Positions 48,000 to 60,187 of a stretch of 64,000 bases of DNA are shown here, one piece after another. The translations under genes and the position numbers were made by a program. The DNA is taken from positions 158,720,001 through 158,784,000 of the forward strand of contig NC_043000.1 of assembly GCF_006345805.1 (NCBI RefSeq). Direction: 5' to 3'. Numbering within the stretch: the first letter of the stretch is position 1; each line of letters opens with the position of its first letter. The notes beneath the pieces were generated by a model that was given only the letters and a program-made list of their open reading frames with translations, was not told where the DNA came from and did no database searches. The DNA comes from Octopus sinensis. Lineage: Eukaryota.

Positions 48000-48200
48000 A
48001 TCCAAACAAGAAAGCACAAAAAACACAACAACGCGAGGACGTGGAACAAATATAGTATTATTGGACGCTCAGGAAAGAAGGAAAGGAGGGGGGGCTAACG
48101 TTTCGAGCGGAGCTCTTCGTCGGAAACACAGGAGAAGGAAAGATCCAGAGAAGGGAAGACAGAGGAAAACAAATTGCCAATGGTACACACGAGGTCACAT
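48000..48200 (-). mobile_element. PLE pLTR-like repeat with hammerhead-like motif (48097-48126)
   Basis: CCGACGA-A-GAGC-TCC-GCTC-GAAAC-GTT...CCTGAGCG..TAATAC, same layout as 6014. Confidence 0.5.
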
Positions 48201-48215
48201 TTTATATATATATAC

Positions 48216-48282
<67 letters not shown>

Positions 48283-48642
48283 TACATATACATATACATA
48301 TATATATACTTATATATATATATACTTATATATATATACATATACATATACATATATATATACTTATACATATATATATACATACACATATACACATATA
48401 TACATATACATATACATATATATATATACATATGCATATATATATATACATAATATATATATATATACATAGATACACATATATATAGATATATACACAC
48501 ATACACACACATATATATAAACATACATATATATATATATAGTTACGTACAATAAATTCAGGGTGAATGCTTGATAAATGTAAGCACATGTATAGGTGAT
48601 AGGATGTATGTATCAAAAGAAAAACAGGACGCAAAGGATTTT

Positions 48643-48735
48643 GCGGTACATATGTTTCGGGCTTTATTGAACGACTAATTCTTATATCAATGCATAGTTG
48701 ATACAACAGATAGATCAAAAGCCTTCTTCAGCCGC
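48643..48735 (-). ncRNA. Type I hammerhead ribozyme with extended stem II
   Basis: GCGG-CUGAAGA-A.GGCUUU..(~50 nt)..AAAGCC.C-GAAA-CAUAUG-UA-CCGC. Perfect 4-bp GC stem I, palindromic stem III ACAUAUGU and GUA triplet. Confidence 0.85.
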
Positions 48736-49923
48736 GTACAATTACCACACCAAAGACTTGTATCACATTATAACAGGTTTGAGAAAAAACCGAGTTTCAC
48801 TGGGGAAGTAAATCCTCATAGGCGTACATGGTATTGCGAGACTCCAAAACAAATCGTCCATGCCGTTTCTTCACTCGGTAAACAATGAATACTGGGTAGA
48901 TTACTTCGTATATATGTGTGTGTGTGTGTGTGCGTGTATGTACGTGTGTGTATATGTGTGTATATGCGTATATATATGTATATATATATATATATGTAGT
49001 TTTGTGTATGTGTATGTATATATATACATGTGTGTGTATATGTATATGTGTATATCTTGATTGAGGATGACATGGACTGTATAATAATATCGGCTTCCAG
49101 ACTACCACCAGACGCACTTATATATGTGAAAGTAGATAAGTATATAGACACACACGTACATACAGACTTTAATCTTGGAGCATGTAGCTTAAGACTGCCA
49201 CTAACTGACCATTCGCCTACTACTATATCGCTCCCCACAGATATTTAAAAATAATTTACGACACTCACCGCAGCATCGAAACTCTAACCCATCATCTCTA
49301 ACCGCCATGTATTCCTCTGTATCTCTTTATGTTTATCTCACTTTATCTTTATGTTCACCTTTTTATTTAATTTTTTTCGTCTTTATTTTTTTTATTTTTC
49401 GTCTTTATTTTTCGCTTTTTATCTCTTATTTTTTATTTCTATTTTTATTTTTTTATTTTTTTATTTTTATATTTTATTTTATCTTTTACCCTTTATTTCT
49501 TGTACCTTTTACACTTTCACAATACATTTCAAGAATTTATGACCCTATACGTAACGTCCTTTGTATCTTTATATACTTATTTCTTTACATCTTTACTTTT
49601 TTATTATATTCTATATTTATTATTATCCTTTATAATTATGTTTAAATTTATATGTATATTTTTTTCTTTTCTTTGATCCCAACTTCATTAAAGTTTCACC
49701 CCCTTCACCTCCTTTCCTCTTTCTCTCAACATCCAATTCCTTCCCTTATATGAAGTAATCTACCCAGTATTCATTGTTTACCGAGTGAAGAAACGGCATG
49801 GACGATTTGTTTTGGAGTCTCGCAATACCATGTACGCCTATGAGGATTTACTTCCCCAGTGAAACTCAGTTTTTTCTCAAACCTGTTATAATGTGATACA
49901 AGTCTTTGGTGTGGTAATTGTAC

Positions 49924-50016
49924 GCGGCTGAAGAAGGATTTTGATGTATCTGTTGTATCAACTATGCATTGATATAAGAATTAGTCGTTCAATAAAGCCC
50001 GAAACATATGTACCGC
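49924..50016 (+). ncRNA. Type I hammerhead ribozyme (second arm; one stem II mismatch)
   Basis: Same as 48643-48735 except GGCTTT>GGATTT. Predicted cleavage after A50012. Confidence 0.8.
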
Positions 50017-50051
50017 AAAATCCTTTGCATCCTGTTTTTATTTTGATACAT

Positions 50052-50152
50052 TCCGGGCACTTGATGTAGGTCTCCGTGTTGAGTCTGACGTCGTGTGGGA
50101 AGATGAATGAAGGCATAACGCCGCCATCACCAGTGATCACTCGGAACACCAT
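50052..50152 (-). mobile_element. maT/DD37D transposase fragment
   Basis: MVFRVITGDGGVMPSFIFPHDVRLNTETYIKC, homologous to the relic at 36586-37155. Confidence 0.8.
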
Positions 50153-50325
50153 AGGAATAAAATACGATAAATTACACTGGTTTACGCAAAATGCCTTCAT
50201 GCTTAGCAGGGATGTAAAGCAAAAAATAATTTTTTCCCTACATCCCAGCTATGCATGAAGGCGTTTAGTGTAATTCCTTGTAATTTATTTTATTTTCCAT
50301 TTATTTACTTATATATAAGTATTTG

Positions 50326-50738
50326 CTCTTACTCTTTACTCTTTTACTTTTTTTAGTCATTTGATTGCGGTCATGCTGGAGTACCGCCTTTAATCGAGCA
50401 ACTCGACCCCGGGACTTATTCTTTGTAAGCCCTGTACTTATTCTATCGGTCTCTTTTGCCGAACCGCTAAGTGACGGGGACATAAACACACCAGCATCTG
50501 TTGTCAAGCAATGCTAGGGGGACAAACACAAACATACACGCACACGCACACATATATATATATACATATATACGACAGGCTTCTTTCAGTTTCCGTCTAC
50601 CAAATCCACTCACAAGGCTTTGGTCGGCCCGAGGCTATATTAGAAGACACTTGCCCAAGGTGCCACTTGCCCAAGGGACTGAACTCGGAACAATGTGGTT
50701 GGTAAACAAGCTACTTACCACACAGCCACTCCTGCGCC
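50326..50738 (-). mobile_element. SINE family A, full length
   Basis: Reverse complement of 5067-5505 consensus. A local duplication CACTTGCCCAAGG replaces part of the head. Confidence 0.87.
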
Positions 50739-51130
50739 GAAGTTTATTTTCTTAATATTATTACCTTTACCACCTTAAGCATGTTCCATAGCATATTTAC
50801 TTCCTGTTTATTTAACGAAATTTCAGAATGTCAGAAATTTAGAATTTTTAAAATTCTTTCCTACCTAATAGTTTATTATTAGAGTTTTTTACCTTAAAGT
50901 CTTGAAATAAATTTCCTAAAGGGATGTATGGATATATTTTGTACTTTTGATATTTTCTCTTTCAATATTATTCTAGACTTGTTATATATTTGTTCGTCTA
51001 AATTACATTTTATTGCGTTTTTATTATAAACATAAACAATATGTTGTTGTTGCTGTTATTATTATTATTATTTTATTATTATTATTATTATAATTATTAT
51101 TATTATTATTATTTTATTATTATTATTATA

Positions 51131-51186
<56 letters not shown>

Positions 51187-53041
51187 CATCATCATCATCA
51201 TCATTATTATTACATTATTTACCCCTTCCTGATAACTTCGGTTAATACATATTTTACCACTATTTGCTTCTACTTAAATTTTTTAACTAGAAGTTTTTGC
51301 ATTGCAGTATTATATATAAGTATGATATTATATGGAATTAATATATATGCATGCATGTTTCTGCTCCCTTTATTCCTCTTTCTTTTTCCCTTTCTCAATA
51401 CCATTTGATATCTCTTCTTTTCTTTATTTCCCACGCAAAATATACACTACCTTCATCTCTTATGTTGGATTGTGGCATTATTATTATATATTTATAAATA
51501 TATGCTTTTTTCTGCTTCCTTTTTCCTTTTTCTGTTTCTCCTCAATATCAGTTGTTAGTTGTCGGAGCACTGCATCCTTCAAAACTTCCATGTTCCTGAG
51601 ATTCGCCAACACTACACTTGATTTTCTCCCCTCCATACACACACAAGCATGTATCTGTCTCATACATTGTTCGCTTTCCAGACATTTCTACATTACTGCA
51701 TGTACTTTATATGCACTTTCTGACAAGTTGTGGTGCACCTAAGCACTGTATACAATAATTTCATTATTATATTATATATCTTATGATATTATATTAATCG
51801 CTTCCTTTTTTCTTTAAAACATAAATTATATACTACCTTCTACTCTTATGTTAGCTTGAGGCCTTCTATAACCGGCTCTTTTAGTATATATGCAATCAGT
51901 TTACGGTTTTATAACTGTTATCTCATCATATATTTCTAATCGACATATTGTCTGGAGGATTTATTAACAATAACTATAACGATATACAACTTGGAAACTT
52001 GTTCAACCTCAAAATTTATTTCCTCGTATTCTACAATTTTATACAGCATATTATAATGGTATTTCTGACTTACACGTGTTTCCACTCCACAGATTACGAG
52101 CAGCTGCTAATACAACCTGGCACGATTTTCGGTGATCTTCTTCCGTATCTATGCCTCACAAGGAAAACACGGACTACTAACGTTTCATAAATTTAGAATT
52201 GCTTCTTACATAAGTTATAACACACATTGAAAAAAAAAAAACTTAACGAATATTAAGCTCCTATCACCTATAATTTGTGTGCATCGTTGCATGGCGATAA
52301 ACAAATCAAGCAGTAAAGTAGCCACAGCAGGAATGGCAAGTTGAAAAAAGAAGGAAACGAAATCAAAATGAAATCACCAACGAAAGTAAAAGTTAGTGTG
52401 ATAGGTGCGTTTATAGATGCCATTAAGTGGAAAGTGACGATTGACAGATGAAGGAGAATGGTGGAGGGAAGACTAACGATGAAATACGTTTATCGTAAGA
52501 TGTCATGCAGATAATTAGAGGCAAGGCGATAGTATGAAGTGTTTTGCGGTTAACTTAGATAAATTATTAGATGTTAACGGAGAGAGAAAGGTGATCAAGG
52601 AGTTATGTATTTCACGTATAAAATTTACATGAGTGTAAAAGTACAATAACTAATACACTCATGTACGAACACATGCATTCGCAAACACACACACACAGAC
52701 GCACGCACACATACACACACACAGACGCACGCACACATACACACACATGTATGTAGAATATTGTAAAAAACAAAGATCAATAAAAAAGATGAGCCAAGTA
52801 TTTTAACGCCCACGAAATATGTATATGTGTGTGTGCTTCCATGTGTATATGTATATATTAATTAAAATATGAATATATATATGAATATATATATATGAGT
52901 GTGTGTATGTGTGTGTGGTGTATGTGTTTACATAGTCGATTAAAAAGCAGTGAAAAAAGAAAAAAAAACAAACGAACATGTCGACGTGACACAAGCAATG
53001 TATTAATAAGATGCTCAGAGAAAGAAAAGAGTTGTAGTTTT

Positions 53042-53070
53042 ACGTTTCGAGCATATCTTCTCTCTGGAAA
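53042..53070 (-). other. Degenerate hammerhead-like motif of the 6014/48097 family
   Basis: ...GAAGATATGCTC-GAAAC-GTA followed by CTGAGC..TAATAC; 5' core decayed. Confidence 0.35.
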
Positions 53071-53989
53071 CACGAAAAACAGGAAAGCCCAAGAAGAAGG
53101 AGGAAAAGAATCACTAACAATCACGTGTGATTACATTTTTGAAGGGGCCGAGGTAGAAGGAATGAAGAGAAAGAGGTTTCTGGGACAACAGAAAGAGAAA
53201 ATGGTCTATATGCGCGGGTGTGCATGTGTGTTTGTGTGTGGTAGCGTATGTATGTGTGGTAGCGTATGTATGTGTGGTAGCATGCGTAGGTAAGGTAGCA
53301 CGTATGTGTGTGCGTGTGTGTGTGTGGTGTAACTCTGTGTGTGTGGTTGTCTTTTGTGTGTGTGTGTGGTTTTAACTGTGCATGTGTTTTTGTGTTTGTG
53401 TTCGTAATCTGTGTCTGTATGTGTGGTAGGATTTGTCTACGTGTGTGTCAAAGTCACTCTGAGACGTCCGCAGCTATAGTGACAGGGGTGTGGATGGGTG
53501 AGTCTGACAGTGTGTGTGTGTGTGTATTTGCATGTATGCATAGATAGAAGCGTGTGAGAATGGTTGGGTGAGGCTGTGCGAATGGGTGGGTATGGTGATG
53601 GTGGTGGTGGTGCGTATACGGAGCAGGGATGCGTATATTTATGCGTGTGGAGGTATATGCGTTTTCATATCTGTGTACGTATGTGTGTGGATGCGTGTGT
53701 ACATGCGTGTGTGTGAGCATGTATATGTGTTTTTAGGGTTCTACATGTACAGTGTGTGTGTGTATGTGCGTGTGCGTGAGAGGGAGAAAGGCTTTGAGAT
53801 GGAGAGTGTATGGGTGCGTCGGTGTAGTCAAGGTGTGAGTATTATGTGTGCAGGCGTGCGTATGTGTGTGTGAGTGTGGGGGAGTGCATGAGTGTGTATA
53901 TGCGTGTATGTGTTGCGTGTGTGCGTGTTTGTGTGTGTGTACATGTGCGTATGTGTGCGCGCACGGCTTTGTCTGCCATGGGTGTCGTC

Positions 53990-54035
<46 letters not shown>

Positions 54036-54080
54036 ACAGGCACACAAACACACACACACATATATATATATACATATATA

Positions 54081-54180
54081 CGACGGGCTACTTTCAGTTT
54101 CCGTCTACCAAATCCACTCACAAGGCTTTGGTCGGCCCGAGGCTATAGTACAAGACACTTGCCCAAGGAGCCACGAAGTG
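54081..54180 (-). mobile_element. SINE family A internal fragment
   Basis: CAGTTTCCGTCTACCAAATCCACTCACAAGGCTTTGGTCGGCCCGAGG. Confidence 0.8.
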
Positions 54181-54208
54181 AAAAATAAAAATAAATAATA
54201 CAAATATA

Positions 54209-54378
54209 TAATCCTTTGTACTAAAGGCACATGACCTGAAATTCAGTATGAGGGGACTAGTCGAGTACATTGATCCTAGTGTTTCACTAGTACTTAATTT
54301 ATCGACTCCGAAAGGATGATAGGCAAAGTCAACCACGGACGGAATTTGAACTCACAACGTATCGACGGGTGAAATACC
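54209..54378 (-). mobile_element. Headless SINE with family-B core and tail type 2
   Basis: Ends at GAAATACC, directly joined to the tail of the next copy. Confidence 0.7.
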
Positions 54379-54610
54379 TATTTCTTTACTACCCACAAGG
54401 GGCTAAACACAGAGGGGACAAACAAGGACAGACAAACGGATTAAATCGATTACATCGACCCCCAGTGCGTAACTGGTACTTATTTAATCGACCCCGAAAG
54501 GATGAAAGGTAAAGTCAACCTCGGTGGAATTTGAACTGAGAACGTAACGGCAGACGGAATACTGCCACGCATTTCGCCCGGCGTGCTAACGTTTCTGCCA
54601 GCTCGCCGCC
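54379..54610 (-). mobile_element. SINE family B, full length
   Basis: Complete head, core and tail type 1. Confidence 0.9.
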
Positions 54611-54754
54611 CTAATACAAGTAAATAATGAAAAATAAAAATTAGTAATTATAAAAAAATAAATGTGAAATAATCAGTAAAAGAGAATGAAAAATCGGTAA
54701 CATAAATTGAATCAGAATACCACACACACATACACACACGCACACACACACACA

Positions 54755-54785
<31 letters not shown>

Positions 54786-55569
54786 CATGTATAAGTAACT
54801 AATGAGAGATAAGTGTCAATTTATTACAGCCATTTCTAACGAATTTTTTAATTGATCAATGAGTGCGTTATATCATTATAAATAACGTTTTCTACGGATG
54901 AATACAAGAACTTTACAATCACGGACATTTAATATAATTTAAATCCACAGCTCATACATATATAGTGATTCCACGACTGGCTCTTGTAGAATGAGCTTCA
55001 CCAAAACAACGTACATTCAAGTGGTTTGGTGAGAGTGGAACAGCACCATGACACAAAATAGAGGGGTAAATTTAAGAATTTATAGCATTAATAAGGGTTA
55101 CTTGGCTTGTTAGTGAGGGAGAAATGGATAGGACCTCCCAGTATCCACTCTCAACAATAAAGAGAACGGTGGCTCTATCTAACTAAGATAAATTCAACTA
55201 AAGTTTCAGTGTCAAATGCGTTAAAAGTAAGGATCAATGATGTATGAGTATATCAACCTATTCTATTATTAAGGACATTTGTGATGGAAGCAAAGACACC
55301 AGTCTTATTATTGTTAGTAGACAAGGGACACGGGTGAAAAAGGGAAAGACAGAAGAAAGAGAAAATAAGCGAAAATGAGGGAAAATGAGGAAATCAATCT
55401 TTAATAGAGTGTTCATTACTATTATAAGGGATCAAGATATTATAAAAAAGGGATTTAAAAAGATAAAAGAAATAGAGAAAATGGGGTTTTAGTGATGAAA
55501 GTGGTAGTGGGGTCCTAACGAGGAAGTTGGAAATTAATGCATGGAAATTAAGAAAAAGCAAAATTATAA

Positions 55570-56355
55570 TATTGTGTTGAGGAATACTTCACGAGCGTTT
55601 TTACGGATTTATTTTAAACAACAAGACTACAACATATTAACCAATAATATACTGGTGCTGTTTACGAATTCCTCTCGTCGTTCAATAAGTTTTCAATACC
55701 TCAGTGATAGAAATCTCCCGGTCTTGACTGGTCCAACCAAGTCCTCAATTCCACGTCATTATTGAACACCATGGTGAGCGTACGAAAGCGGTTGAAAGGG
55801 ATGAGAATCAGACGGTACCAAGTCTTGAGAGTATGGAGGATGAAGCAGCGCATCCCCTTCGACTTCTTGAATAGCGATTTTGGTAGTATTGGCGATGTGA
55901 ACCTTGCCAGTTTTTTTATTAACACAATCCATCTGCTTCTCCAATTCTCTGATAGTTTGACGTTAATTCAATTGCTCTTCCACAAACTCAGTTGGTCGAC
56001 CGGTGTGTGATCCATCCTTGAGGTCAAAATTCCCATCTTTGACGAGCAAAAATCAACTGCGAGCGTACTTTGAGGCATTGCTCCTTCTCCATACACGGCA
56101 CAAATCTCACGAACAACTTTGGCAGAGTCACACCTCGATTAAATGCAAAAAGCAAATGATGCTGAAAATGTTCAGTTTTGTCTACATGACATTACATTTT
56201 AATGACCGGGAAATACACAAAAATCAAAACAATATCTTGAAGAACAAAAAATACCCATTTACAAAATATAAAACATATTGTCAATGTGTTTTATTTCTGC
56301 ATGCATTTTTAAACTTGAGAGAAAAAACGCTCATGAATTATTCGTCAACCCAATA
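55570..56355 (-). mobile_element. Internally deleted mariner (DD34D)
   Basis: TA-flanked TIRs (29/33 match). N-terminal HHLLFAFNRG..VREICAVYGEGA..GRPTEF is fused to C-terminal HPPYSQDLVPSD. Confidence 0.9.
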
Positions 56356-56413
56356 TTATACTGATAATAAATATAATATAATATAATATAATATAAATAA
56401 TATAATATATATA

Positions 56414-56495
<82 letters not shown>

Positions 56496-57772
56496 AAATG
56501 AGTGGAGGCTACATTGAAAGAATTTCCGAAAATTGCAGACCACATGTAGCATTTCTTATATCTTTCTATCTCGTCTCTTCTTACCCCCTCTCTCTCTTTC
56601 TTGATCTTTTTCTCCTCCTTCTGCTGACACGTGACCATTGGCAGGCATTTTTACTTTCTCTCACCTCGTTTACTCTGGTCGCGTACCTGATCAGTCCTAA
56701 ATTCTCTAGTCTCCACTGGTACCTGTCTCGCTGTTTGTTGTTCTTTTGTGTCTAATCCTTTAGGTTTCCTCTCTAAGCGTTACCCATCATTAGATTTCAT
56801 GTAGCTGTAAGGCTGCATTCTATTCATTTATTTTATTATTTCCTCTGTATCCTTCGTCCATCGTCTTGAATTACACTTCTTTACTTTCGTATGTCTACTT
56901 CTGCATCACCTGTTATCCAAGTATTGTTTGTTTTGCACCTTTCGTTTTATCAACCATTCCATTCTTTCCCATCCTTCCACCTTTGTTAGTATCTCTCTAC
57001 TTTCATTTTCAAGTTCTATAAGATATCATTACATTAACGTTACGTCTAGAATTTTTTCCTATATTAATGAAGTCTCATTGACCTAAGGCCTTTATCTGTG
57101 TTTATATGCATTTAAGTGCTAACTATTTATGTTACTTCTTTGTTTTCATCGCTGTCCCCACTTATTCTCAGCTGCATTTTGTTGCTGACGCCAAAAACAT
57201 GAACAATTTTATCATTAAATGCGCGAAAATGCTATGGGTTTGGGACGATAAATGATGGGAAAGACCATGTCCACGCGTAGTCTGTGAATTTTCCTTTGCG
57301 TGCACCTTTGTTGGCCTTCTGTGCAGTTTTTGAAAATTATGCGTAGTCTGTAACTTTTTATGTGACCTTATATCGGACACCTGTCAGCGGTGATCAAGCG
57401 TTGCTGTATACCTTGTGTCTCATATAATATATACCATTGCACAAGAGAGAAGCCATGTTTAAGGCAGAAGGCGTTGCCTCCGCGGGACAGCATTTTAAGA
57501 ATTAAAACAAACAGTCACGTGATGCTAATTCAAAACATTCCCTTCATTTGTTGGCACATACAAACTGATAGCCTTCAGTATTTATAGCTCAACATAGAAA
57601 TAATGCAGCATAGGTATTAACGATCGATTATAAATTAACAATGGCATACAAAACAATATTTACGGCTGAACAAAAATGAAGATATGTATGTATGCATGGT
57701 AATCATGGGAGAATGTGTGAGCATATGTATATACATATGTATATTTTAACATACATATATCCATATATATTA

Positions 57773-57845
<73 letters not shown>

Positions 57846-57907
57846 TTATAGATATAAATATATATATATACATGCACATAGATATATATGCATATAGATA
57901 GACATGC

Positions 57908-57958
<51 letters not shown>

Positions 57959-58185
57959 TTTAAAACTTGTGTGTTTGTTTGTGTGTGTGTGTGTGTGTAA
58001 AAGAAACCTAGAGGAGAAACGGAAACTTCCATTTCAAATAAAGATATAATATTTATAATTTACCGAGGTTGCCAAACTTTTATGTACACGAACATTCTCA
58101 ATACACCTCTTGTAATTATCATAATCATTAATGTGATTAAGATCAACATGATTATTATTTATCTTTATCTTTACCGCCCTCATCA

Positions 58186-58380
58186 CCACTATCATCACAG
58201 AAGCCACCATCAAGAGTAACACCGAAGACGAAAACCACCACCACCACCACTGCCACCACCTCAATATCATCATCCTCCTCATCATCATCGTCACCATCGT
58301 CGTCCTTGTCGTCGATGTACTCATCATAATCCTCATCATCATCATCATCGCGTCCGTCGCCATTGACAAATACTTTCCCA
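58186..58380. repeat. CAT/CAC/CGT trinucleotide low-complexity tract
   Basis: Mixed triplet repeats; explains the poly-D/M ORFs. Confidence 0.85.
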
Positions 58381-58937
58381 TCGTCTTTTTCCAAATTAGT
58401 TTCCATACACAACATACATTTTGAATATACGCAGTGGCAATGGTCTACCTTATATTGAAGAGGATAGCTGCGTATATAAACCCATTGAGGAATCGAATAT
58501 TAATATGACATTTACTGACACATGTTAGCTGCTGAAAATATCGTTAGTATGATTTATGGTGACATACGAGAAACCATATTTATGTGTGATTGTTAAGCAT
58601 AATACAATATATTTTAATATAATATAAATTAATATAATATAATATGTTATAATATAATATAGTAATAGAAAGCGTAATATATTATATAATATATTGTGCA
58701 AGCACCCACACAAATATTATTTCTGATGTATCTCCATTGACACGTCCCAACGACGTAGCTGAGAAGCGGTTGACAAAAATAATATCTCTGAAGTCTTTTT
58801 TTTTTTGCAGCTAAAATAAAATTTTAGTCTACACGTGGTAATCCAAGTGTTAATCTCAGTATATTGTTTGCACAAGTACGCTCACACGTGTGCGTGTGTC
58901 TACATATATGTCTATGTTTATACACGCTCACACACCC

Positions 58938-58974
<37 letters not shown>

Positions 58975-59004
58975 ATATATGTGTGTGGTGTGTGTGTGTG
59001 TGTG

Positions 59005-59329
59005 TGACTCAGTGGTTAGAGCCTCGAGTTTACGATCGTGAGGTTGTGAGTTCGATCCCAGGACCGGGGTGCGTGATGTGTTGTTGAGTATGACACTTTA
59101 TTTCACGCTGCTCCAGTTCACTCAGCTATAGAAATGAGTTGCGACATCACTGGTGCCGAGCTGTATCGGCCTTTGAGTTTCCTTTGGATAACATCAGTGA
59201 GGTGGAGAGGGGAGGCTGGTACGCATGGGTGACTGCTGGTCTTACACAAACAAGTCTTCCAGGACTTGTGCCTCGGAAGGTAACTTTCTAGGTTACCCCC
59301 ATGGTCATTCATGACCGAAGGGGGTCTCC
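59005..59329 (+). mobile_element. tRNA-headed SINE, family D
   Basis: ACTCAGTGGTTAG A-box, GAGTTCGATCCC B-box and central TTGAG..A.GACACTTTATTTCAC..GCTCCAG..CACTCAGCT domain. Confidence 0.75.
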
Positions 59330-59336
59330 TCCTTCT

Positions 59337-59375
<39 letters not shown>

Positions 59376-59493
59376 GATGAATATGGTACTTAAGTTGAGG
59401 TCACCAGAATTTAGTATGGTAGTACCTATATAATTTAATATAAGGTGATGATAATCAAAATAAGCAACAAGGATATCCTTGTTGCTTATTTTG

Positions 59494-59561
<68 letters not shown>

Positions 59562-59929
59562 AGTGTATAGGTGTAGAGTAGCAGGAGTGGTTGTGTGGTA
59601 AGTAACTTGCTTACCACGCAGGCGTGAGTTTATCAGTCACTTACGAGAGTGAACACCGTCAAGACGTGCTTGGAAGCCGTCTGGAATTAAATAACCTTTG
59701 TAGGTGCGACTGCAAGGTAGGCATCCGCCTTTTTAGGAATTCGGTGGGGAATTTTTTTTTTGATATTTTTTTTCTCGAATAAGAAATCCTCACTGGTTGT
59801 AGACTATTGTCTGCTGCGGTCGCGCCGAGTGACTCACTTAACTGTGAGAATTGTTTTTGTGGGCGTGTCTCGATACCAAAATTTGAAAATTTAGGAATTC
59901 GTGGAAGAATTTTTGTGTGCTGCGACGGT

Positions 59930-60017
59930 GAACTGGAGTACCTTCTTGAACTGGAGTACCTTCTTGAACTGGAGTACCTTCTTGAACTGGAGTACCTTCT
60001 TGAACTGGAGTATTCTT
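59930..60017 (+). repeat. 18-bp tandem repeat GAACTGGAGTACCTTCTT x4 + partial
   Basis: Four perfect units at 59930-60001, then GAACTGGAGTATTCTT. Confidence 0.96.
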
Positions 60018-60187
60018 GTGGATTACCTGAGTGGCGGAATTGTGTTGCGCTGAATTGAACTGACTTCTTTCGTTCTTTTTCTCTGCTCAGTCTTTCTATT
60101 CTTAGTTGAGTTTGTATTGGACTTTATATTTGGAATATTTTGTATTTTGTGGTGAACATTTTTCTTTATTTTTTTTCTTTTGCAAGC

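Larger units (their letters stand above)
48608..50051. mobile_element. ~305-bp inverted repeat pair (about 98% identical), each arm carrying a hammerhead; PLE inverted-pLTR-like
   Basis: 48608-48913 is the reverse complement of 49747-50051 with 6 differences counted by eye. Confidence 0.88.

Noticed and set aside
57100-57600. Repeat-free, more GC-balanced island with an 11-bp direct repeat GCGTAGTCTGT
   Set aside because: Could be regulatory or exonic, but nothing in the sequence alone supports a call.
59930-60017. CRISPR-like appearance of the 18-bp repeats
   Set aside because: No spacers, eukaryotic context and no cas genes; it is a simple tandem repeat.
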